Shown piece after piece: positions 24,291 through 38,532 of a stretch of DNA of 64,000 nucleotides. The DNA comes from the human T2T-CHM13v2.0 reference genome, Homo sapiens. The notes beneath the pieces were generated by a model. It made no database searches. It was not told the origin of the DNA and saw only the letters and a list, made by a program, of their open reading frames with translations. The position numbers and the translations under genes are program-made. The stretch lies in NCBI RefSeq assembly GCF_009914755.1, contig NC_060930.1; one strand, written 5' to 3'. Within the stretch, counting starts at the first letter, position 1. Each line of letters opens with the position of its first letter.

Positions 24291-25718
24291 GTAATTTTAA
24301 TTACTCAATCATCATCTTCCCAGTAAATCTATTTTTTAGTAGCCCAAATCTATGTCCATTTCACTATTTCTATTGGTCCCTTGGGTTCTTCATGTATTTT
24401 TATTTGAATTTTTGCATCAGAAATATTAATTGAAATAAATTTAACATATAATGAATAATATTATCATCACTAATGTACCTGCTATCAATAAACAAATATT
24501 AATTTTTTGTTATGATTATTTTAGTGTTTTGAAAAATATTTCAGGTAAAATTTCATGTGCTATCTTCCCTTCCTCAGTTTACATTTCTATATTTTTATTA
24601 CTGTTTACATGGTAACCCATATATATAATGTATAGAGTTGTTTGTGTTACTTTTCTTTTTTATAGAAATTATGTCACATGATATAATATTTTCTGTAATT
24701 GCTTTTTCACTTAACCTAGTCAATTGGCTTTTTGGTATCTTAGGGGAGATGTCTTTTTAATACAGAAAACAACATTTATAGTTAGTTATTTGTCTCTAAA
24801 TTATTATCCTGTTTAAAAGAGTTTTAATTATAAAGCCTAGTTTTTCATAAGATTTTAGAGTAAATTTACAAATTTAAAACCAGTAATTTCGTGGATAAAT
24901 TAATATATCAGCTTTAATTATTCTTGAATTAATATTCCATTGGTTTATGCATTTAATAGGGTTAAAATTCCCTATATATTTGAAAATATCTAAAGAAAAA
25001 TTAAGCAAGCTCTCTTAAACATTTTTAATGAAAACCACAAATTGGATATATCTGTTTCTAGCACTTCAAACACCCAGGAAGCAGACTCTCAAATACTCAT
25101 AAAAACAATAAAATCTTCCTAAGCACTCAAACACTGCTTGTAAACAATAAGCCTAAGTGGATAGTTCTAATAAATCAGATTGCCTTGAGCATCTAAATAT
25201 TGATTTAAAATTAAGGTAAATCTTTTTAAGTATTTCAATTAAAATCTCATCTTTTATGTCAGATTCCTTTAAATGCCTCTCTTTAAAAAGCAGATAGCAC
25301 AAGTTAAAATTAACAAAAAAGATATAAATCATTATTACACTTGGATTTCATACAAAAGTATTATACTAAGCATTTGTTTCATGTCTTTTTCCATCTCCAT
25401 CATGTGTCATACTATCAAGAGTTAAAATTGTTTATCACAGAAGCAAAATAACCATCTCAAACTGGCTGTTTAGTTAGAGATCAAGTTTACAGAGTACAGA
25501 ATTAGGACCTTGGTATGTTTGCAGATTTGGATTATGGCGAGAGATTTGAGACTAAAACACAGGAACCTGAGTGTACTTTCTTACATGGCAGAGCCAGTGA
25601 TCACTGGGATGGGACCTTCCTCACACTACCATCTGCTGTGGTGTCAAGTAGTCTTTTGCAGAGAAATGGTTTTTCATGGTCTGTCCCGTATGCATCCCTT
25701 AATTATCACTCTCACCCA

Positions 25719-26524
25719 TTTTTTTTTAATTTTGTTTTACTTTAATTTCTGGGATACATGTACAGAATGTGCAGGTTTGTTACATAGGTATACATGTGCC
25801 ATGGTGTTTTGCTGCACCTATCAACCTGTCATCTAGGTTTTAAGCCCCGCATGCATTAGGCATTTGTCCTAATGCTATCCCTCTCCTTGCCCCGACCCCC
25901 CCGACAGGCCCTGGTGTGTGTTGTTCCCTTCCCTGTGTCCATGTGTTCTCATTGTTCAACTCCCACTTATGAAGGAGAACATGTAGTATTTGGTTTTCTG
26001 TTCCTGTGTTAGTTTGCTGAGGATAATAGCTTCCAGCTTCATCCATGTCCCTGCAAAGGACAAGATCTCACTCTATTTTATGGCTGCATAGTATCTCATG
26101 GTGTATATGTACCACATTTTTTTTTATCCAGTCTATCATTGATGGGCATTTGGGTTGGTTCCATGTCTTTGCTATTGTAAATAGTGCTGCAATAAACATA
26201 CATGTGCATGTATCTTTATAGTAGAATGTTTTATAATCCTTTGGGTATATACCCAGTAATGGGATTGCTGGGTCAAATGTTATTTCTGGTTCTAGATCCT
26301 TGAAGAATTGCCACACTGTCTTCCACAATAGTTGAACTAATTTACACTCCCACCAACAGTGTAAAAGCGTTCCTATTTCTCCACATCCTCTCCAGCATCT
26401 GTTGTTTCCTGACTTTTTAATGATTGCCATTCTAACTGGAATGAGATGGTATCTTGTTGTTTTGATTTGCATTTCTCTAACGGCCAGTGATGATGAGCTT
26501 TTGTTCATATGTTCATTGGCCGCA
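25719..26524 (-). mobile_element. L1PA (about PA8-like), 5'-truncated
   Basis: L1PA 3'UTR plus ORF2 C-terminus (ORF 26068..26610: [23 protein letters not shown]). Confidence 0.95.
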
Positions 26525-26652
26525 GATCTCATACAGAACTTTTTACCACAGACTCCTTGAATTTTTACCTTCTGACTTTTTCTGATGGAACTGAGGCAAA
26601 TAAAATACAATACAGTTAAGTTTCAGTTAAGTATCTTCTGTAGACGTTATTA

Positions 26653-26985
<333 letters not shown>

Positions 26986-27049
26986 TCATATATCTTCTAT
27001 CATTGTCCCAGCTTGTGTAACATTATGAACTCACGACCTTTGACAGGAT

Positions 27050-27500
27050 TATCATTTTCTTTTTTGGTACTCTGATTGTCACAACCCCAGGAGGCTTTTT
27101 TTCCCCCCTTACAGAACCATTCCCAGACATCTTTGAAAGCATTCTCACTTCCTGGTAACAATTACATAGTTCAAATACAACTTTGTTTTCTCTACCCCAT
27201 GACAGGGAATCAATTACTCTTCAAGGAGTCCTGGCTGGGTACTTTTATGGAATATAGAGACCAAAATCTGGGCATTAGGGGTGCAGGTCAAATTGTTACT
27301 CATGAGAAAGAAATGGTGACATTTTCCCAGCCTACTTAATGACTGAGCTGGGAGAGATATTTTTTCAAGTTCATGTGAACTTCATGAAGTTCATTTTACC
27401 TTTAAATTAGATTTTATTAAGGCTTGTTAAAAACTTTTTTGTTCTAATATAAAATGTCTTTTCTCATTTGTTTCCCTTTCAGACTATCGTTCTTTCACCA
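27050..27500 (-). mobile_element. L1MC4/5-like 3' region
   Basis: GGAATCAATTACTCTTCAAGGAGTCCTGG...AGAGACCAAAATCTGGGCATTAGGGGTGC. Confidence 0.6.
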
Positions 27501-27649
27501 TTCTGAATATGCCATTTTATTAGTTGCTATATTAAATTATGTGATTAAATTATGAGAATGTCTAACCTTTGTATAATTAGATGTGATTTGCTAAGATCGT
27601 GTATCCCTCTCAGCTGCCGCTGAGTCTTTTTCTTTATATAAATCATAAT

Positions 27650-29590
27650 GTTATAGTCATATTTTGGATAAGCATTATGTTTTCAAGAAACATTATATTT
27701 CTTTCTATGTTATATATAATTTTTGACTATAAGAGACAATGCTGTAAACAAATATCCTTATGTATGTCTCTATCACTATCTGCCAGTTTCTCTGGGGTCT
27801 AAATCCAGAAGTATAATTTTTAGGTTATAGGTTCTGCTCACTTTTAATTTTACTAGATATTGACAAATCACCTTTCAAACTGGGCTGACAATTTGCACTC
27901 CCTCCAAGAGTGGTGAGAGATATGAGATTTCCAATTTCTCCTTATTCTTACCAATACTTGATACTGTCAAATGTTTTAATTTTTTGCCACTTCTGATAAG
28001 AAATCACTCCTCTTCATTGTTTTACTTTTCACTCCCTTCATTACAAATGAGATTGAGCATCTTTTCATGTTTTTATTTCCTGTGTAGAATTTCTGTTTAA
28101 TGAATTTCTTGTCCATATCCTTGCCCATTTCTGTTTTTGTGTCTTTTTCTTTTCCTAAATGATGTTTCATATTCTAAATATTTACCATGTATGTTAATAT
28201 ACATCTTCTCTTAGACACTTTACTTCTACCATTGTGGTACCTTTTATTGTAGAGACGTATGTGTCTACATAGACAATTTAACAGTTTGTTTAATCGTCTT
28301 GTGTTTTGTGTCTTATGATACAAAAAATACTTTCTTGCCCTAATGTAATGAGGTTATGCTCCTAAATTTTCGAGATGTCTCAAGTTCTTTTTTCACATTC
28401 AGGTCTTTAAATCATTTGGAGGGGTTTTTTTGTGTGTGATTTTTTTTAAAGTCTAATTTATTTTGTATTCCTTTCCAGTGGCCACTGTTCCAATATCATG
28501 TTTAGTCCATTTTCCTATTTTCTTTGCTGGTTTTTAATACCAAGATCAATATATGCTCGAGTAGCCTCCTAAGCTGAATATTCTTTTGCACAGATCTGCT
28601 TTTCTTCTATCCCTGTAGCCACCAATATTCTTGATTACTACTTATTTATAACATCTGGTAGAACAACTCTCTACTTCCTGATTTCTTTTTCTTAATTGTT
28701 ATGTCTAATCTTGGATCTTTACTCTCCATATGATAATCAAATCACTTTTTCAGTCTGCCCTTTCCCCAGGGAAAACTGTTTATGGTTTGTTTGGAAAATG
28801 ACAGAATTTATAGAAAAATTCGAAAGAACTTATCTCCAAAAAATATTGTGTCTTCATCTTTTCAAGGGACAAAATAATATAACTAGGTGGCTTATAAACA
28901 ACAGAAATTTATTTCTCACAGTTTTAAACTCTGGGAAGTTCAAGATCAAGGTGACAGCAGATTCAGTGTCTGGCAAACGCCTGCTTTCTGGCTCATAGAT
29001 GAAACCATCTAGCTATGTCCTCACATGGTGGAAGGGGCGAGGGGTCTCCTTATGCCTGTTTTATAAGAGCACTAGTCCCATTCATGAGGCTTGACCTCCA
29101 TGACATAATTACCTCCTAAAGGCCCAACCTCCAAATATCATTACCTTGAGACTTCAGGTTTTGACATACGAATTTGAAGGGGACACAATTATTCAGACCA
29201 TAGCACTTGCTATCCATGCACTTGTGTGGCCAAATTCCGGTCTTCTGTGAGTAACAATGAAGGTTACAGACATATGTGTGTATCTGTTATATTTATGCCT
29301 GAGAATCTTAACCCTTTTGTTGCCCCTGTGAATAGTGTCTTATTATTCTATTTCATTTTCTACTTTGCTATTGTGGCTGCAGAGTAACACTACTGATTTT
29401 TATGTTTTGGTCTTATATCCTGGCAACCTTGCTGAATTACCTAATTAGCTTTACTAGGTTTTATATTATCTTGGATATTATATATAAATAATGTCAACTT
29501 TTTTCTCTACCGTGCTAAAACTCAGTTTCTTGTCTTATTGCTTTTACTAGAATGTCCAGTACAGCGTTAAGTGGTAGGATTGATAGCCCT
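27650..29590 (-). mobile_element. Old L1ME ORF2/3' remnant, interrupted by MLT1A
   Basis: AATTTGCACTCCCTCCAAGAG...TTACAAATGAGATTGAGCATCTTTTCATG...GCAACCTTGCTGAATT. Confidence 0.75.
28847..29205 (-). mobile_element. MLT1A/MLT1A0 MaLR solo LTR
   Basis: GGTGGCTTATAAACAACAGAAATTTATTTCTCACAG...GGGGACACAATTATTCAGACCATAGCA. Confidence 0.88.
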
Positions 29591-29719
29591 TAAGGCCAAA
29601 TACCAAGAGCAAAAACATGAACAGTTGGATTGATCCAAGATTGATGGAGCAGAGAGGATTAAAGATGTCGACAAGATTCTGTATACAACTGGACAGTGCT
29701 GATATGATGATGGTAATTA

Positions 29720-29945
29720 TGATGATAGCCAACTTTTAATGAGTGATTGTCACTACATTACAGAAACAGGGCTAAATATTTTATATTTGTATTGTACTTA
29801 AACCTTAGGAAAGCCATAGAGGAAGGAAACTCTTATTATCACTATCTTAGGGATAAGAAAATCAGTCCTAGCAAAGTTTAGTGGCTTGCTCATGGCCACA
29901 CAGCTATCAGTTGATGAACACAGAGCACTAATCCAAGCTGCAGGT
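29720..29945 (-). mobile_element. MIR
   Basis: GATAAGAAAATCAG...AGTGGCTTGCTCATGGCCACACAGCTA. Confidence 0.7.
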
Positions 29946-30358
29946 TCAATCCCTTAGAATCCTCAATGGTAGACCATCAACTAGTTCTTTAGCTCTATGA
30001 AGAACAGAATTAGAGGTAATGGATTTCAATTTGGCCATAAATGGTTTTAAGCCCATTTTCACTTCTTCTTCAAGTATGTCTCTGATTATTTTCTCTGGAG
30101 TTTTTTAAAACAGATAGAAACCCATGTTTTTTAGATTTCACTTAATAAACAATTATTGCACACCAATCATGTGACAAGCATGATAAGATAGTCAAAGATA
30201 TTATCTATCAACATTTCTTCAAAGAGATTTCAGTGTACTAAAGCAGATGAATGAGGATGTGACCAACTATAATTTCAAGCAGAATTTTAAAAGTGTTACA
30301 AGTAAAAGTACAAGCAAAATGCTACCTTGGATAAAAGTCAGGGAATAGATTATATTAC

Positions 30359-30664
<306 letters not shown>

Positions 30665-31979
30665 GTATGTAGATTACCTTTTGAGACTGTTTTCAGTGGT
30701 GATTCTGCAATTCAGTCATTATTTTTAGGATTTTTGATTGTTTATTCACTGATTAAAAAAATAAAAGGATGGAAATGAGTAAATTTATCTGGACACTTGC
30801 CCATGCACTTGATTTTTTAAATGAACAGAATAAAGAAAGCAAAAAGACAGTATACTTTCCCATTAAGTAATAATTTTGTAAAATATGTGATGCCACTTCA
30901 AAGGCCAAAATATCCCAATTTAAATTTTAAAAGACCTGTGCTATCACAGATATATTTAATCTCTGAATTTTAGTCCTGCTGTACAAAGAGAGCATCATGT
31001 TAAAAGTAGATGTGGGTGGTTCTAAGATTCATTTGCATAATTGTTAGTAATGCAGAGCAGGGTACGGGCATCAACTAGGAAATACTCTTTATAAAAGGCC
31101 TGAACTTGCACAAGCAAATCTTGGGGAAACTTCCTCTGAATACATAAGATACCATAAAAATAAAAATAAAAATGTCCCTAAATGCAGTGGAATGAGTGAG
31201 AGAATCCATCAGCAGGTGATGTGTTCAGGGAAAGTCCAAGACATGATATTGTATAAAGTTAAGAGAATCAGATTTAAATGCTCAAAATTTTGGTCCTTTT
31301 ACTTTGCTTTTCTTTAACTTTTGGGTATTCATTTTTCTAAAAATCAACATTTTAAAATTCACTTTTGAGGGTTTGGGAGTCATTATGTACATGGATGGAC
31401 ATATTGCTTTTATTTTCTTCCCTTTGATCAGCACACATCATATACATTCTAGGAACGGTTTAACTCATGTCTCTGCATTCTGCTGGGTTGGTGCTGATTA
31501 TGAGGTGATTTTCCAAAGAATACATGGAAGTTTGACAAGAGTGTACGCGTGCATCATCATAAGAGCTTTATGGTCTTTAATTTTGGAAGCAACTTTTTTT
31601 CATGTGGGAAAAATAGATCAATATCCCATTTTATCTTCAACTTGATTTAGATAATTTTAATGTGACTAACAAGTTATGACTCACGCATGTGTTGGTCTGT
31701 AATTAATCACAGGCCTAAGATCCATCAGAAGCCCACTCTTCTGTGAGATTTCCAATAGTTGTGAACCTTATGTTCACCAATCTTCTTGCTTTATTCTTAA
31801 GAGGTGTCAAGTAATCATTGTCTGATGAGAGCAACTGAAAATAAGAACAGTACCCATGCTCTGCACTCTCAAAATGTTTAACAACGTGATTTTCCCTCTT
31901 ACACTGTTTCTATCTATTTATTTATAATAACATTACTTTGTAGAGTAGTAGTTGATGCCTCCTGTTCTCAAAAGAACAA

Positions 31980-32007
31980 TGTTGTTGTTGTTGTTGTTGT
32001 TGTTGTT
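31980..32007. repeat. (GTT)9 microsatellite
   Basis: Read directly from the sequence. Confidence 0.95.
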
Positions 32008-32056
32008 TTCTGGGTGTGCTGTCTTTGTAAAACAAAGTGAGAAATTATAACATGAA

Positions 32057-32334
32057 AAATCCTGATAAGACTACTTTTTCTGCTGAGCTCATGCTCTATT
32101 AAAAAAAATCCCTGAAACATCCATTGTTGGATTTTTATAGATTCCTCTTGGAAATTCAGAGCCAAAAACTTTTAAAAGGTTTAAGAAAAGAAATAAAAAG
32201 AAGAGGAAGTCCAACATGAAGCAAATACACTTGGGATGGAGCTGACTCAGGAAGACAGGAGTCAAAAAAATAGAGCATTTGCAAGGAACAGTGAGAGATA
32301 ACATCAGAAAGACAGCATTGTATATACACAGGAG
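32057..32334 (+). repeat. Copy 1 of a ~270-bp diverged local direct duplication
   Basis: Colinear with 32909-33172 (AGCTCATGCT, CATTGTTGG, AAATTCAGAGCCAAAA, TGAAGCAAATACACTTGGGA, AACAGTGAGAGAT). Confidence 0.9.
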
Positions 32335-32908
32335 CCAGGGGTGCAGAAGAACTGAACAGAAAAGTTCCCATTGCTACCTGCCGGAAAATCTTATGCTGAA
32401 GCTCATTACACAGCAGCCAATGAGTAAGAATAAGAGGAGACCAGGCGGCCACCTGGGCTGCCACAAAATATAAGGAAATAGAGAGAACAAAGAATACAAA
32501 AAGTAGGAACCTAAAATAAGGCAGATTAAGAAGAGTGAGGTGGTACTTCAAATGCCAAAGAAGTACAAGTACCATTGAATAAGTACAAGTTGCTGCTGAA
32601 AGGATGTCATTAATACAATTAAATGCAACTCTATATGACATAGTGATCATTATGGTTATTGCTTGTAAGAATCAATATTCTTAAGGACATATATGATAGT
32701 CTTCTTTAGTTTCTCAGAATTTATATGATGAGATTAATCTCTGCCACATCAAGTAGATCTTCAAAGATATAACTCAATTTAAAAACCTGATACATATCAA
32801 ACAACTGAGGTTTGAATTATTTGACCAAAAAATTTTACATCATGATTAGAATGATGTTCTTGCCTGAAGATACTCCCTTGTCAATCTAGGATATAACCCA
32901 GAGCCTAC

Positions 32909-33172
32909 AAATCCTGGTAAAAACTACTTTTCACAGCTCATGCTATATTAAAAATCCCTGAAGCATTCATTGTTGGTTTTTATAGACTCTTGAAAATTCA
33001 GAGCCAAAACCTTTTAAAGGGTTTAGGAAAAGAAATATAAAGAAAAAAGAAGGAAAAGTCCAATATGAAGCAAATACACTTGGGAAAGAAAGAAGTCATC
33101 ATAATAGAGCATTCACAAGCAACAGTGAGAGATGAGAGATAGCATCAGAAAGAGTATTGTGTATGCATAGAG
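32909..33172 (+). repeat. Copy 2 of the ~270-bp diverged local direct duplication
   Basis: Colinear with 32057-32334. Confidence 0.9.
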
Positions 33173-33295
33173 GGTCCGTCCTCAGAGATACATCCTCACT
33201 TTCCTTTTGATGTGTTCAAGTGAATCTCTGAAACCATGTATAGTGTTGAGTCTATAGCAATAGAAATCATTATAAAAATTCAAAGAATAAAATAC

Positions 33296-33590
33296 TTTTT
33301 TTTTTTTTGAGACAGAGTCTTGCTTTGTCAGTCAGGCTGGAGAGCGGTGAGACAATCTTGGCTCACTGCAACTTCAGCCTCCTGGGCTTAATCAATCCTC
33401 TTACCTCAGCCTCCTGAGTAGCTGGGACCACAGATGCACACCACCATTTTTGCCTAATTTTTTGTATTTTAGGTAGAGACAGGGTTTCACCATGTTTCCC
33501 AGGCTGGTCCTGAACTCCTGAGCTCAAGCGATTCATCCACCTTGGCCTCCCAAATTGCTGGGATTACAGGCGTGAGCCACCTTGCCTGGC
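33296..33590 (-). mobile_element. AluJ
   Basis: Full antisense dimer with T-tail. Confidence 0.95.
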
Positions 33591-33639
33591 AAGATAATTT
33601 AAATTTTTAAAATGTAGGTCATGGCTAACTAATCATAAT

Positions 33640-33830
33640 AATTATTATACTCCACTCTTCCTACACACAAGTCACTTCTCTCAGCCTCAGTTACCCTATC
33701 TTTAAAATGAAATATTAATAATGGCAAATTCATAGGATAGTTATGAAGATTAATATGAGACAATAAGCATAAAGTATCAGAACAACTAGACAATTTGCTA
33801 AATAAGAAATGATTCAACAAAAATTAGCTT
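33640..33830 (+). mobile_element. MIR
   Basis: CAAGTCACTTCTCTCAGCCTCAGTTACCCTATCTTTAAAATG. Confidence 0.75.
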
Positions 33831-34054
33831 GTATTATTTTTAATTTGTCAGCTTCATAAGTGCAGGGACGATTTCAATTTTGACTACCTTTATATATACA
33901 GCCAGCTTCATACATCAGTGCATTAGTAAATAACAGAAACTTATTATTTCTTGACTAAATAAATTATGACATGGTAAGAAATTGTTCCTGCCCTCAGGAT
34001 GAACACAATCAACTGAAAAAGATAAAAAATTCGACATTTACAAAAGAATGTACT

Positions 34055-34154
34055 TTGGTAGGCTGAAGCAGGAGGATCACTTGAGCCCAGGATTCCAAGT
34101 CCAGCTTAGGCAACATAGTGAGACACTCTCTCTAAAAAGAATTTTAAATTTTTA
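34055..34154 (+). mobile_element. FLAM/Alu monomer, 5'-truncated
   Basis: GGAGGATCACTTGAGCCCAGG...GCAACATAGTGAGAC; TSD AAAAGAATGTACT (34042-34054 and 34155-34167). Confidence 0.9.
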
Positions 34155-34209
34155 AAAAGAATGTACTAAATATTATAAAATGGGAAATTTGAAGCACTAT
34201 GAGAAGGAC

Positions 34210-36850
34210 TTACCTTTCTAACAATATGAAGGAATATGTACTCTGAAAATCCTTTTTATAACATCACTTACAAAAATACATAGTTGAGCTGACAAAAAAA
34301 TAAGAGAGCCCCTTAAAGGCCTGAATTAAAGAGCGATTTTGAATTCAGAGAGAAAATAGTTGACATCTGCCATGTGCTTCTGCCATTGCCTAGTGGCTGA
34401 GAGCTTAGATCACACATGCACAAGGGAAAGGAAGCAGAGCCTTCTAGCTGGTAAGAGGGTCCCAAGTAAAGCAAAAACTGCTTAAGGGCAATTGCTGCAA
34501 AAAAATAATAAAATTGGGTGAGGGAACCACCTCAGAAAGGGAGAGACTAAAAAAATTAATCTATTTCAACCTTGGATCTCACTGGAGGGAGGAAAAACAT
34601 CTCCTAGCTCTTATATGAGTGTCAACTTGAGTTCACATTATCTGTGTGTTCCCCCAAACCTAAGTTCACACCTCACATAAGCAAAAGAAAATCATATCTG
34701 GGAGAATAACCTTTACCCCAAGACTCCAAGAATTCTAACAAATGAATACCCAAAGAGCATGAGCTAGCATGAGTGAGGGTCAGCAAAAGAAACAAATGAC
34801 AGACTCAGACCATCAAAGATTGCAGATAGTGTGTCAGGCAGTTTCAGAATGTAAAATAGACAAGTAAAATCTTCAATGAATAAAAGAGCATTCCATAAAT
34901 ATGAGTGGGGAGCAAGGGAACATTAGAGATACACAGGCATCATACCTGAAAGAAGAATGAATATAACTCATGGAAATTATTATGTGTATGTATGTGTGTG
35001 TGCCTGTTTAGTAAACATTAGCATCTTAGACACAACTGAAGAGAGAACTAGTAAAGTAAAATATAGACATGAAGAAATTACCCAGAATGCAATATAAAGG
35101 GGAAAAGGATGAAAAATATGAAAGAGAAGTTAAAAGGTACATTTAATCAGAATTCCAGAAAGAATACAGAATTATAAAGAAAAGGAAATATTTTAGAATA
35201 TGATTATTAAGAAATTTCCAGAATTGAAGAGAAACAGCAGTTATCCAGTTCAAGCAGCCAAATTTATTCCAAAGTGGAGTAATAAAAAGAAATCCATACA
35301 CACTATAGACAAACTGTAGAACACAGAATAGTCTCATTAGAAGCCAGAGAAAATAAGCAGACAACATAAGAAAGAATGACAATTAGACTGACAATTCTTA
35401 GCAATAACGGAATATAGAAGACTGAAATAATTATTTTAAAGTTCTGAGAGAAAAATTACTGACAGGTGTAATTGTATGTCTTTCAAGCACAAAAGCAAAA
35501 CAACTTTGTTTTTGGTCATTCCAAAAAATAAATATTAAAAACTGGAACTAAATAATTTATTACCCAGAAACCCTCACATGTGTATTTTCCTAAAAGGTCT
35601 ACTTCAATAAAAAGGCAAATTGCCCCAGAAAGGATGTCTTATCTAAAGACAAAAAAGAATGATGAGTATTATTATGTAATTATGAGCAAATAGATGGAAA
35701 AAGCTAATTGTTACAGTGTTAAAAACTACTGTAAAACAATTGCAAATAAATTTTAAGAGGATTATCAGAATAAAAATGTTCTAAGAAAGAAGGAAAATTT
35801 TCTTAAAGGAAGATGTATTAGTCCATTTTTATGCTGCAGATAAAGACATACCTGAGACTAGAAAGAAAAAGATGTTTAGTGGACTTACAGTTCCACATGG
35901 CTGGGAAGGCCTCACAATCATGGTGAATGGCAAGGAGAAGCAAGTCACATCTTACTTGGATGGCAGCAGGCAAAGAGAGAACTTGTGCAGGGAAACTCAC
36001 CATTTTGAAAACCATCAGGTCTCATGAGACTTATTCACCATCACAAGAACAGCACAGGAAAGACCCACCCCCATAATTCAATCACCTCCCACCATGACAC
36101 GTGGGAATTGTGGGAGTTACAATTCAAGATGAGATTTGGGTGAGGACACAGCCAAACCATATCAGAAGATCTGAGATACAAGAAAGTATGATGAATAGAT
36201 AAATCTAAACAAATGTTGACTACAAATAATTGAAAATAATATTTAATTTGCACATTAAATAATACAATTAAAAAGCAAGACAACAGCATATCAGTTGTTG
36301 ATAGTGGTGGTGATTAAAGTTGTGTTCAGAGGTCCTTGTATTATTCCAAAAGTGGGTAAATATACTGATTAAATTTAAACTTTATTGAGTTATGTATGCA
36401 TATTAGGAATTAGAGTAAGCACTAAAATTATAGAGTCCAAGACTGCAATTCCAAAACTAGCAGACAGAAAAACTAAGAAGAGGAAAAAAAACCTAATTAG
36501 CTTGAAAAGACGAAAAGGAGAAAATTTTTAAAAGCACAAATATACTGTTAACCAAGTGAGTGAAAATTGGCTAAATACTTGAATTAAAAGACAAAGAATG
36601 ACAGATAATACATTTTAACTAACAATATTATGTTTATAAGCAGCCCACTTAAAAATATAACACATTAATATTAAAAATAAAATTGTGAGAAAAATAACTA
36701 CCAAGAAAACAAACCAAAGGGAGCTGATATAGCTTTAAAATCAGATGAAATAAAGTTTAAGACCATGAAAAACATTGTCAGAGATAAAGACGGTTAATAC
36801 ATAAAGTAAAACGTTAAAATTTGGCAGAACTACAAGAAGAAACTAGCAGA
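34210..36850 (+). mobile_element. Ancient L1M 5'/ORF1 to ORF2-start remnant, interrupted by THE1
   Basis: TTAGACACAACTGAAGAGAGAACTAG...GAAGAAATTACCCAGAATGC...AAATTTCCAGAATTGA; later AATTAAAAGACAAAGA and ATCAGATGAAATAAAGTTTAAGAC. Confidence 0.7.
35814..36164 (-). mobile_element. THE1 (THE1B-like) MaLR solo LTR
   Basis: TGTATTAGTCCATTTT...GGACACAGCCAAACCATATCA; 5-bp TSD GAAGA. Confidence 0.95.
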
Positions 36851-37472
36851 TCCCGTCTGCTAAGAAGTAGAAGGTAAGTTAATGCATCCTAGGCAGTACA
36901 AGGAAGGTTTTTCGGAAATGATGAAACCTGTATTGGGACTCAAAGATGCGGAAGTTGGCAAAATAAATAGGGTAGAATTGATAAAGGAAACAAGTTTACA
37001 AAAGCAGAGAACATAGCATTTTTGAGAAACTGCAAGTACTTTAATATGACGCTGTGCACAGAGGGCCTGTAATAATGAGGAGTAAATGAAGAACTAGCAT
37101 ACTAGTTTTATGCACTGTTAGACTTTATCTTGAAAAATGCAGAAAATCACTGAAGAACCTTAAGCGGACAAGAGTCATAGTCAAATTTTACTTTGAGACC
37201 AGTAATTCTGGTGGTGCTGAGCATAATGGCTTAGAAGGGATCCAGACTGCATTTGCGATGAACCATACATGTTTCTGGTCTCAGAATTGGGGGACCATAA
37301 AGTAGTGACAACGACTGTAAAACCAAATGTCAGTCCACATGACCTGGGCCTTACTGCTCTTTGTAATGCCCAGATAATAAATTTCCAGTTCCACTAAGTG
37401 TTAGTGAATACCCATCACTTGGCCAAATATAGGGGTGTCTTACTTTTCTGCCATGTTGCATTCCTGAGTAGT

Positions 37473-38045
37473 CCTTCATTCACATTTTTTAATTCATTTA
37501 ATATTTATTGTGCAAACTACTACTTCCAAGCATACTTTTATAGGCACTGGGGATACAGCAGTGCGCAGAAGAAAAAATTCCCTATCTTCATGGAGCCCAC
37601 AGTCTGTATGTACATCTATGTGTCTGTGTCTCTGTGTGTTTGTATATGTATAGGAAGATACAGACAATAAACATTCCACATAAGTAAGTTATATAGGACA
37701 TTAAAGATTAGTAAATACTATGGAAAAATAAAAGAGAGTAAGGGAGATGGACAGTGCCTGAGCAAAGAAAAGATTACAATTTTTAGGTGTCATGAGGGAA
37801 CCTTGCTAAGGAAATATCTGAACTAGGACTTGAATGCAGTAAGGAAAAAACCATGCAAATATCGAATGAACAGTATTCCAGGCAGCAGCAACAATAAAGT
37901 TAAAGACCCTGGAGTGTGATTGTGCTTGGTGTGTTGAAGAACATCAAGGAAGTCACTGTGGCTGGAACAGAATGAGGCAGAGGGGAAGCAGATTAGATAG
38001 GACCTTGGAGCCTCGGAAGCCACTGGGAAGCTTTGATCAGAGAGC
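37473..38045 (-). mobile_element. L2a 3' portion
   Basis: TTCATTTAATATTTATTG...AGGCACTGGGGATACAGCAGTG...TATTCCAGGCAG...GTGGCTGGAACAGAATGAG. Confidence 0.88.
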
Positions 38046-38394
38046 TACTCAACAGCATATAACTGATGCATTTATAGTGTGTATTAGGAATAGCCTGAAA
38101 TGTATTCAAGTAAAGACTTACATTCTCCCTTCACCTTCCACCCTCCTTTCTTGCCATCTCTGATTATTGAAGGTATAAAATGAAGCAGTACCACCAAGGC
38201 CATGGTAAGAGAAACAAACTCACCTTGACTCAGCATCTACTATGTGCCAAGCGCCATGCTAGAAACTATAGTTTTATCTCAATTCAGCAGCAAAATCAGT
38301 CTATCAGGTTTCAGTGGCACAAAGAAGAGAACACAGAAATATTTTAGTCAATTACCAAATGGTAAGCTACAATTTTTTAAATAAGTCCCCCCTG

Positions 38395-38532
38395 CATAAA
38401 GAAAAGATAAATTTTTAAGTTGATGGATTTCTGAATTACTCTGATTTGATCATTAGACATTATATGAATATATCAAAATATTGCATGTACCTAGAAAACA
38501 TGTACATCCACTATGTATCAATAATAAATTTT
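38395..38532 (+). mobile_element. L1MA 3' end stub
   Basis: TTACTCTGATTTGATCATTAGACATTATATG...TATGTATCAATAA. Confidence 0.8.

Noticed and set aside
32156-32650. 164-aa minus-strand ORF, the longest outside recognised repeats
   Set aside because: Hydrophobic low-complexity translation of A-rich antisense DNA, with no recognisable domain or splice context. It overlaps the non-coding duplication.
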